From Eledone cirrhosa (lineage: Eukaryota), in the NCBI GenBank assembly GCA_964016885.1, contig OZ024743.1:188604001-188668000 (forward strand): DNA of 64,000 nt, read 5' to 3'. Positions within the stretch are counted from its first letter, which is position 1; each line of letters opens with the position of its first letter. A program made the translations under genes and the position numbers. The notes below the pieces were generated by a model. That model saw only the letters and a list, made by a program, of their open reading frames with translations. It was not told the DNA's origin and searched no databases. Below are positions 54,621 to 64,000 of this stretch, piece by piece.

Positions 54621-56095
54621 TATATTTTTTTATCTTGCCCTTTGAAACGATTGTAAAACAACGAATTAATTAACTACTAACCCCTATCTTATTTATTTTC
54701 TTTGTTCAACATTATATATCTGACTCTGTTGTTTTTGAATACTCAATAATAAATAATAATATATCATTTTTTTACAAAAATTACTTTTTGCTTAGATGAG
54801 ATAATGGGATATTCATATCAACATTGCATTAAGATATAAGATTAGAAATCTTACCTTAATTGAGTAGAGCAATAATAATGATTTCTAGTATAAGCACAAG
54901 GCCAGTAATTTGGGGGGAAGAGAAAGTCGATTAAATACGACCTCAGTATGTTACTGGTACTTTATTTTATGAACACCATAAGGATGAAAGACAAAGTTAA
55001 CCTCAGCGGGATTTGAACTCAGACTGTAAAGGACCGTAACTCTATGCTGTAAAGTATGGCGTCTGACTCTCTACCGATACGGCCAATCCACCACCATTAG
55101 AGTAGAGCAATAATAATAACTCCTAGCACTCTCTCTTCCTCTCGTCTCTTCAATCTTTCTAATTTCTCATTCTTTCTTCTGATGAAGGACTAGCGTCCAA
55201 AACGTTGAGGCACTATTCCTGCTATTTCAAGTGTTAAACTAATATATTCCTTCCATATAAGTACACACACACAGAGACAGAGACACACATACACAGACAG
55301 ACAGACAGACAGACACACACATATATATATATATATATAATATTTATATTCTTTTCCACAAAACTTTAGAAAACTTTCCAGATGGTGAGAGGCAATCGTA
55401 GTTGGGATTGAGCTTGAATTTTTGATTGGCTGATGTCTATAGGGAAAATGTCGGCATTAAAGTAGTTCAAGGTAACAACAATTCTAGGTTGGAACACTGG
55501 AGTAGTCAAAGATTTGGGTGTGAATGTGAGGACCAATGGAATCAGATAGGCTTTTGTGAACATATAGATTGTTAGTCCAGAGGTGTCAATGCAACTTAGT
55601 TTTTGTTTAGAACAAAGTCAAAACTGATTGAACAGACATATGTAAATGTCTTCCTGCTATAACTATTCTATTTTTATTTGAACAGTGTATTCAATACTAT
55701 AATTTTCAATATGTCCATTTTAGTAAAAAGATTGTCAAGTATAATTTGAAGATTTAGCTGGTATATCTTGCATATGGATATGGATATGATGTATATATAT
55801 ATATAAACAAATAACGAAACGAAATTAAATTTCGTTTCGTTTGTAACTCACTTTTGTATGACTGACGCTTAAACAATTAAGTTAAAAATGTACATCTACA
55901 TATGCATACTGAAATACTAGTATGTATATGAATACACACACGTATACATATGTAGATGTACCAAGTCTTTCACTGGTTACTTTACTGTGAGTATCCAGCT
56001 ATTCTGTATGTAAACACACAGACAAACCGGTTTTTAGAGTCATACTGGTTTTTGAGGAAACACCTTTCCTCTATTCTCCAGAAAGCCAGACAAGG

Positions 56096-56140
56096 AATAT
56101 TGAACTAGTTTCGTTGTTGTTACAACTCATCAGCAATATT
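56096..56140 (-). ncRNA. Minimal type I hammerhead ribozyme
   Basis: Exact reverse complement of 56624-56668. Confidence 0.9.
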
Positions 56141-56623
56141 TACCTATCTACCGGCCTTTCTGGAGAATCGTAAAAGCACATATCGTTATATGCTTTTTCT
56201 ATGAAAATTAGTAGTGGGCAGACTAATTTGCATAGAGTGTGAGTACGTACCGGTTCAACGGAGACGATAAAAACAAATAACGAAACGAAATTAAATTTCG
56301 TTTCGTTTGTAACTCACTTTTGTATGACTAACGCTGGTACATCTACATATGTATACGTGTGTGTATTCATATGCATACTAGTATTTCAGTATGCATATGT
56401 AGATGTACATTTTTAACTTAATTGTTTAAGCGTCAGTCATACAAAAGTGAGTTACAAACGAAACGAAATTTAATTTCGTTTCGTTATTTGTTTTTATCGT
56501 CTCCGTTGAACCGGTACGTACTCACACTCTATGCAAATTAGTCTGCCCACTACTAATTTTCATAGAAAAAGCATATAACGATATGTGCTTTTACAATTCT
56601 CCAGAAAGGCCGGTAGATAGGTA

Positions 56624-56668
56624 AATATTGCTGATGAGTTGTAACAACAACGAAACTAGTTCAATATT
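56624..56668 (+). ncRNA. Minimal type I hammerhead ribozyme
   Basis: AATATTG-CTGATGA-GTTGT-AACA-ACAAC-GAAA-CTAG-TT-CAATATT; all helices perfect; predicted cleavage after 56661. Confidence 0.9.
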
Positions 56669-56909
56669 CCTTGTCTGGCTTTCTGAAGAATAGAGGAAAG
56701 GTGTTTCCTCAAAAACCAGTATGACTCTAAAAACCGGTTTGTCTGTGTGTTTACATACAGAATAGCTGGATACTCACAGTAAAGTAACCAGTGAAAGACT
56801 TGGTACATCTACATATGTATACGTGTGTGTATTCATATGCATACTAGTATTTCAGTATGCATATGTAGATGTACATTTTTAACTTAATTGTTTATATATA
56901 TATATATAT

Positions 56910-57533
56910 AAATGAAATAACAGGAGGCTGGACTGGTGTAAATCCTTGAAAGGTTTATTATACTATGATCATTTCAATGACCGGGTTCCATATGAATCTG
57001 GTGATATCATCAGGTATTGGAATATAACAAAGGAATATGTAAAAAGCCATGGGTCCGAAAAACCATGGGTCCGAGAAACCAGAGACAGAGAGAGCGGCTG
57101 ACCAACTAGCTTCACAGCCAGCCGCCCTCAAAGTGTTGGCAACCGAAAACTACCAGTGAATATCTGGTAAGGGGGCGCAGGCCTATCATGTACTACCATC
57201 ACTCAGTCAAAGAAGAGGGGGAAGAAAGAAAGAAAGGAAGAAAGAAGTGTAGAGTAAGGGTTAAACTACATTCATGTTAGAAAATGCGGCGAAAAAAATA
57301 CTACCCAAAGAATCTATAGTGGGTGTCTGTATGGTCTAATGTGTGAACCGAGGATTGGAACGCTAAACTTATGTTGCGAGTTATAGGATGAAATAAATTA
57401 AATTAAAAATATTAATTTGCAAAATGGTAAATTGAAAAATAGAGGTAGCGAGATTTATTTATTTAACGAACTTACAGAGAGTGTCTTATGGAATTACCAG
57501 TTCTATCCAGTGGTGAACCAACAAACCTTAAGA
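56910..57533 (-). mobile_element. Non-coding hammerhead element family C
   Basis: Hammerhead 56960-57017 (-) as at 35148-35195; 57490-57530 matches 34934-34995; (TA)n flanks. Confidence 0.7.
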
Positions 57534-57729
57534 TATATATATATTTTTTTTTTTTTCGGAATGTATTTGACAGTTATTTCTTGTAAACAAACATTCGCTT
57601 CATTCTGACGTCACTAGCCTCGTTTTTCCTCATGTGCGTTTTTCATAATCACGCATGATGGTGAACTAGCCAGTTTTAAAATTCCCTTTTTGGCTTATAA
57701 ATCTGTGAGAGTCCTGGTTATCTGGTTGA

Positions 57730-57809
57730 GCTATGCTGACGATTGAAATCCAACCGTGACCATCTCCACTAAAAGTTTTCATGAAATAGTCTTTAAGACT
57801 ATACAGAGC
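57730..57809 (+). ncRNA. Type I hammerhead ribozyme with full-length stem III
   Basis: GCTATG-CTGACGA-TTGAAA...TTTCAT-GAAA-TAGTCT-TTA-AGACTA-TA-CAGAGC. Confidence 0.78.
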
Positions 57810-58062
57810 AATTGATGTTTTTCCAAATTGAAGGATAAGTATTTTAGACTTTATTTTATCATGAGTTAAGGCTCTATTGATTTTTCCCTGGATTTCACTA
57901 AATTCTGTGGATGAATTTATATCCTGATTCTCTTTTGAGATGAGTTTGAATTATTTTTCCTACATCTTACGTTAACTATTTTTCCCATCTTGACGCTATA
58001 GTCGCATATATGTTATGGAATACTGTTAGCTTCTCGCTACAACAATTTCTATACCTTTCATT

Positions 58063-58105
<43 letters not shown>

Positions 58106-58724
58106 ATATAAAATATGTAAAAGCTAAACTGAAATAACAACACTATCGGTACAGTATATGGAAGGAATACATTAGGTTAACACTTGAAATAGCAGGAAGG
58201 GGGACCTAATGTTTCGGACGCTAGTTCTTCATCAGAAGAAAAATGAGAAATTAGAAAGATTGAAGGGACGGACCGGGTGGAATTGGAAAAAATGTTTTTA
58301 GAGAAAAATAACAGGTCCATTCATGTTTGCCATCTCTTAGAAAACTGTTGATGTTGGCGTTTTGTGTATGATATATATATATATATATGATTTTCACTTC
58401 AGTTTTGTTATTACTTAGTTCATCAAAGATTTTTATCTTGTCTTTTTTTAGCAAAAGAAGAGTATCAGAGGAAAACAAAGTCATTGATAAGATCACAGAA
58501 TATGTGATGAAAGATCTTTGGTGATATAACTAATAACTGATAGTACAGCTGAAATGAAAATCAAACAGAACATGCTTTTTTATTGTCAAAATTTGCAACA
58601 AGACTATCTACAAATATAACAATATCTGTTTCAACAAACAATCTTAAATCAAGAATCATACAAAATAAATATGTACATACACAACACACACACTCATATA
58701 TATATATATATATATATAATATAT

Positions 58725-59643
58725 ATATATCCAAATTTAGTTAATTTAAGGGAGTCATGTCCGAGACATGCGCCATATCCACCGTAGAATAAGCTCAAAG
58801 ATTCCAATGAATAGATCCGAGCATTTTATATCAACTAGAAATTGATTGACATATATATATATTTAAAATAAACACATGAAACAATCACAGGGGATAATTT
58901 GTACAGTGTGTAAGCACACACAACTAGGTAGGTAACTAATTAAAGATTAATCATTTTTAAAAGGTAATATTTGAAGTCCCAGTTAAACTTTAATTAGTTA
59001 CCTACCTAGTTGTGTGCTTACACACTGTACAAATTATCCTCTGAGATTGTTTCATGTGTTTATTTTAAATATATATATATGTCAATCAATTTCTAATTGA
59101 TATAAAATACTCGGATCTATTCATTGGAATCTTTGAGCTTATTCTACAGTGGATATGGCGCATGTCTCGGACATGACTCCCTTAAATTAACTAAATTTGG
59201 ATATATACATGGCCCCTTACTTGTAGTGCTAACTCAGTTGAAAGGACTCGGTTGCTATCTATAGCTGTCAATAACCCTATTCACGCCACTGGGATGATGC
59301 CGGCACGATGGGTGTAGTTTTATAAATGCAACACATGCGACTGGTCATTCGCAGATTTGCATTTGATGTGTAAACACAGATAGTTGAGTCTTCTCCTTGC
59401 TGAAGATCCGGGATTTGACTACTGTGAGTTTACGGATTAATTGGTGAAATATATTTCTTTAATGAAATATATACAAGGAAGATTAATCATTTTTAAAAGG
59501 TAATATTTGAAGTCCTAGTTAAACTTTAATTATTTACCTACCTAGCTGTGTGTGCTTACACACTGTACAAATTATCCCCTGTGATAGTTTCATGTGTTAA
59601 TTTTAAATATATATATATATGTCAATCAATTTCTAGTTGATAT
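58725..59643 (+). mobile_element. Retrozyme-like element: 1.3 copies of a 536-nt unit plus inverted segment
   Basis: Direct repeat 58943-59104/59479-59643; IR 58725-58945/58988-59206; one hammerhead. Confidence 0.75.
59394..59479 (+). ncRNA. Type I hammerhead ribozyme with bifurcated domain II
   Basis: TCCTTG-CTGAAGA-[TCCG..CGGA][TTAA..GAAATATATTTC..TTAAT]-GAAA-TATA-TA-CAAGGA. Confidence 0.7.
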
Positions 59644-60215
59644 ATATGTGTGTGTGGATGGTCATGTTGCAAATTTTGCCAATAAAAATGCATGTTCTGT
59701 TTGACTTTCATTTCAGCTTTACTATCAGTTATTAGTTATATCACCAAAGATCTTTCATCCCATAGTATCTGACCTTATCAATGACTTTGTTTTCCTCTGA
59801 TACTCTTCTTTTTGCTAAAAAAAGACAAGATAAAAATCTTTGATGAACTAACTAATAACAAAACTGAAGTGAAAATCATATATATATATATATATATATG
59901 TATAAATATATATATATATAAATATATCATACACAAAACGTCAGCATCAACAGTTTTCCAAGAGATGGCAACATGAATGGACCTGTTGTTTTTCTCTAAA
60001 AACATTTTTTCCAATTCCACCCCGTCCATCCCTTCAATCTTTCTAATTCCTCATTCTTTCTTCCGATGAAGGACCAGCGTCCGAAACGTTAAGACCCTCT
60101 TCCTGCTATTTCAAGCATTAACCTAATGTATTCCTTCCATATACTGTACTGATAGTGTTGTTATTTCTGTTTACCTTTTACCTATTTTACATACATATAT
60201 ATATATAAATATATG

Positions 60216-60550
60216 GAGGCACATGGCTTAGTGGTTAGAGCATTTGCCTTGCAATCGAAAGGTTGTGAGTTCAATTCTCAGACCGGGTGATGTGTTGTTT
60301 CCTTGAGCAAGACACTTTATTTCACATTGCTCCAGTTTACTAAGCTGTAGAAATGAGATAATAGGGACTGAGGTCCATATCATTCCACTGCAAAGTGGTC
60401 GTGTAGTTGCCACGGCAAAAAAAGCACCCAGCACTCACTGTAAATGAGGTTGGTGTTAGGAAGGGCATCCAGCTGTAGAAATCAAGCCAGAATCAGTTCC
60501 CGTCCCACCCTTGCAAGCAGGGAAAAAGCGGACGTAAAATGAAATGATGA
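60216..60550 (+). mobile_element. tRNA-derived SINE family 1, full length
   Basis: A and B boxes, central core, and a 3' tail matching the RTE end at 61867-61925. Confidence 0.88.
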
Positions 60551-61099
60551 TATGTGTGTGTACATGCAAAGAGAGTAAGAGATAGGCAAATATGCTCGTA
60601 TGAACATATATTCAACTCTACTCTTCATATCAAGTGCTATATTCCTGGACACATCTAATCACTCTTCACACACACACACACACACACACATGCCCTCATA
60701 CATACATACATATATATATCCAAGTGCATCGGTAGAGTGTCGGACGCCATGCTTTGACGCATAGAAGTTACGGCCCTTGCCATTCTGAGTTCAAATCCCG
60801 CTGAGGTTAATTTTGCCTTTCATCCTTATGGGGTCGATAAAATAAAGTACCAGTAATGTACTGGGTAATTGCTGGCCTTCTGCCAATAGTAGAAACAATT
60901 ATTTAGTTTCACTGCTCAATAACTAATATAAACAGGTGAATGAGTTCTGACAAGAAAAGTATTGAAATCAAATAGTTCTATAATTACCAAAGTTATGAAA
61001 CCTTCATGATATCCCTGCACTTACCCACACATGTATATAAATGTGAAGGTCTATATACAAATTTAATTATGCACCATTTCTCTCTCAGTTCCTCTCTCC

Positions 61100-61146
<47 letters not shown>

Positions 61147-61866
61147 TATATATATATTAATATACATATATATATATATGTGTGTGAGTGTGTGTGTATC
61201 TGTGTGTGGGTGTACATACCCTCAAAGCATTCATTTAATGTCAAGTAACATGTTGAGAATGATGATACTTCTTTGTTATGAATGTGCAAAATTATCCTGA
61301 TTTTATTGAATTAACAATGATGGCAAAATTGAACAAGGCCCTCCCTTTGGCTTTCAGGAATTATGTCCAACAGATTTGTGTTGTTATATACATGGGATAA
61401 AAGTATTGACGTTACCAGCACTTCTAATGAACGACATTTACAAATAAAGGAATGTATGCTTTCACTAATTGATTCGTTAGGATGTTTCTTCACGATGACT
61501 GTGATAGAAACTGCAAGTCATTAAGGTACAAATGGACTAACACTATGTAGCAAACGTATTTGAATGTTAAACAATCTAACATACTGATTAATTGACCAAG
61601 CAATCAGCATGAAAGAGGATAGTTAATATGAAGGAAGTCAATAATAGTTTCTAATTTAGGCTCAAGGCCAGCAATTTTGGTGGGAAGGGACATTGACTAT
61701 CTCAATCCCAGTACTTGACTGGTATTTTGTTTGATCAAGCTCAAAAGGATTGTAGGCAAAGTTGACCTTAGTGTGATTCGAACTCAGTAAATGATGACCT
61801 GAAACAACTACTAATATTCATTTGTTCAATACTCTAATGATTCTGCCAATTTATCACTTTACCATA

Positions 61867-64000
61867 TCATCACAATCATCATCATTTTACGTCCGCTTTT
61901 CCCTGCTTGCAAGGGTGGGACGGGTCTTATTCAGCACAGCATCTCTCCATTCATCACGGTCCTTCGTCATCTCCACCGTGAGCTTCATTTATCTGAGGTC
62001 TGTTCTCACCACCTCCGCCCATGTTTTTCGTGGTCTACCTCTAACACGTCTTCCTTCAACTGGCATTTCCTGGCACTTCTTCACCCATCGGTTATCCTCC
62101 ATGCGCATCACATGTCCATACCACCTAAGTCTCCTCTCCCGTACACTACATTCTATCCCTCTCAGACACAGTTTCTCTCTCAACACATTTATGCTGGGTC
62201 GTTCATGCACATTTACACTGCACATCCAATGGAGCATGCTTGCCTCATTTCTCTCCAGCCGTTGCATATCCTCTGCAGTTGCTGCCCATATCTCACTACC
62301 ACGCAGCATCGCGCTCCTCACACAAGCATCATACAACCGGCCTTTCGTACGCAGGAAGAAACCCTTCTTAGTCAGCAGAGGAAGCAGCTCCCTAAACTTC
62401 TTCCAACCCGTCCTTATTCTAGATACTATGGCCTTGGAACACCCTCCTCCCATACTAATCTGATCTCCTAGGTACCGGAAGCTATCGGCCACTTCTATAG
62501 TGCCGTCCTGCATTTGAAAAATGTGTCTATCAATGCGACTTCTAGTCTAATTTCCCTGTACATCTACTGCATACATATTTCTCCCTACCTGTTAGTTTGC
62601 CTGCTATCCCGCTACATCTCTTGTGTACCCAGGATCTGCATTGTGTGCATTTTATAGAATTTATGCCAGTTCCTTTTCTGCATATCGAACATGGCCATTT
62701 CCCTGACGGAATCAGGGTTTTGTCCTCTTTTCTACTCATCAACACTTGCTTCCAACTGCTGTTTCCATAGCCAGAATTTATTCTCTAGCTCCCCTACTGA
62801 TTCTGCTATGAGAACCATAGAACAGCATAGAGAAGTTCCCATGGACAGCCAGTCTTAAACTCCTCTGTTATGGCTTGGAGGATTATAATGAACAAGAGCG
62901 GGCTGAGGACTGAACCCTGATGTACTCCTACTTGTATCTGGAATTCCTCACTAAACTCCATTCCTACCCTGACTTTACTGAGAGTACCTCTGTACAAAGT
63001 TTGCACTGTCCTCACAAGCCATTCCTCAACACGTAGCTTCCTTAGGGACCACCAGATGACAGATTGGGGTACCCTATCAAAGGCCTTCTCTAGGTCAACA
63101 AAGGCTAAGTATAGTGGCTTATTTTTCTCTAAGAACCTCTCTTGCAATTGTCTCACCAAGAAGAGGGCCTCTGTTGTACTCTTCTCAGGCACAAAACCAA
63201 ACTGCATCTCATCTAGTTTGACCCTTTCTCTAATTAGTTGTGCTAATATCCTTTCTGTCACTTTCATAACCTGATCCATCAGTTTTATACCCCTATAATT
63301 GCTCCTCTCCAGAGCATCCCCTTTACCTTTGTAGCAATTTATGAGAACACTGCTGCACCAGTCTTTGGGTATGACACCACCATATATAGCCTGATTGATG
63401 ATGCGTGCAACCAGTTTAGTGCCTACGTCCACTGATGCCTTCAGCATCTCAGCAACTATTCCCAATGGTCCAGCAGCCTTAGCATTTTTCATTTTCTTAA
63501 TCGCCTCTTAGACCCTATATTCGTCAATCTCAATAGCTGGTCCCTCTGTCAGATCTACTAAGGGTAATTTCTCTCTCTCCCATTCGTTCTCCACATTCAT
63601 CAGTCTCTCATATTGACATTTCCAGGCCTCCTTTTTCTGATCATTTGTGACACTAAGTACACCGGCATCATCCCGGACACATTTATCTCCAACAACATCC
63701 TGATTTGCATTGACACACTGCCTTGCAATGTGGAACACCGCACGCCTCTGATCTTCCCGTCATAGAACATTGGCAAACCTCTACTCTCCGCCTCCCTGCG
63801 TGCTTAGTACACCTGACGTCTAGCTTCTCTCTTAGTGGCTGTATATTCTTCCCTACTGCCACCCTTTTTCCAAGCCTTCCATGCTAGTATTTTGTCTCTA
63901 ATGGCCTTATCTACTGTGCTGTTCCACCACCAGGTCACTCGCTGTCTGGTTGCAGCTCTGCTCCAGCCACAAGTTTCATCAGTAGCCTGCAACATGTTGT
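61867..64000 (-). mobile_element. RTE-clade LINE (family 1), frameshifted, continues beyond window
   Basis: TWWWN, KAAGP, YKGKGD..NYRGI, QFGF, AFVDLEKAFDRVP, GVHQGSVLSPLLF, Cys-rich insert, FRYLG, RRLRWYGHV, RGRPRKTW; (ATG)n tail. Confidence 0.92.

Larger units (their letters stand above)
55805..56894. mobile_element. Retrozyme-like element: two opposed, permuted >1-mer copies of a 466-nt hammerhead unit in (TA)n
   Basis: Period 466 in both arms (55805/56271; 56335/56801); arms differ at only about 4 positions; no ORF. Confidence 0.85.
58105..60195. repeat. ~500-bp imperfect inverted duplication (family B pLTR plus flank)
   Basis: 58105-58612 pairs with 59655-60195; hammerheads at 58205-58239 (-) and 60058-60094 (+). 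Confidence 0.85.

Noticed and set aside
60216-60290. tRNA-like sequence (also 23598 and 27196)
   Set aside because: It has A/B boxes but no closing acceptor stem and continues into a repeated SINE body.

Overview
Very AT-rich, microsatellite-dense eukaryotic DNA. The SINE/RTE repertoire and (TA)n/(CA)n content suggest an octopus or other cephalopod, but this is inference. I recognise no intact host gene, and most ORF-track entries are microsatellite artefacts. Recognisable elements are: a nearly complete but frameshifted Ty3/Gypsy LTR retrotransposon (12209-17118); RTE LINEs of two families; an R4/Dong-type LINE pair; two tRNA-derived SINE families; a mariner-like MITE; and many Penelope-like elements (PLEs) of at least two clades, mostly inserted in (TA)n and arranged as 5'-inverted fold-back structures. 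The main hidden signal is more than 20 minimal type I hammerhead ribozyme motifs (stem I-CTGANGA-stem II-GAAA-palindromic stem III-NUH-stem I'). Some lie in PLE pseudo-LTRs, others in short non-coding units. The clearest case is 55805-56894: two back-to-back, circularly permuted, greater-than-unit-length copies of a highly structured 466-nt monomer with one perfect hammerhead, as expected for a viroid-like circular-RNA retrozyme. Similar units of 536 nt (58725-59643) and about 499 nt (34264-34920) also occur. All structures were read by eye, with no folding or homology search.
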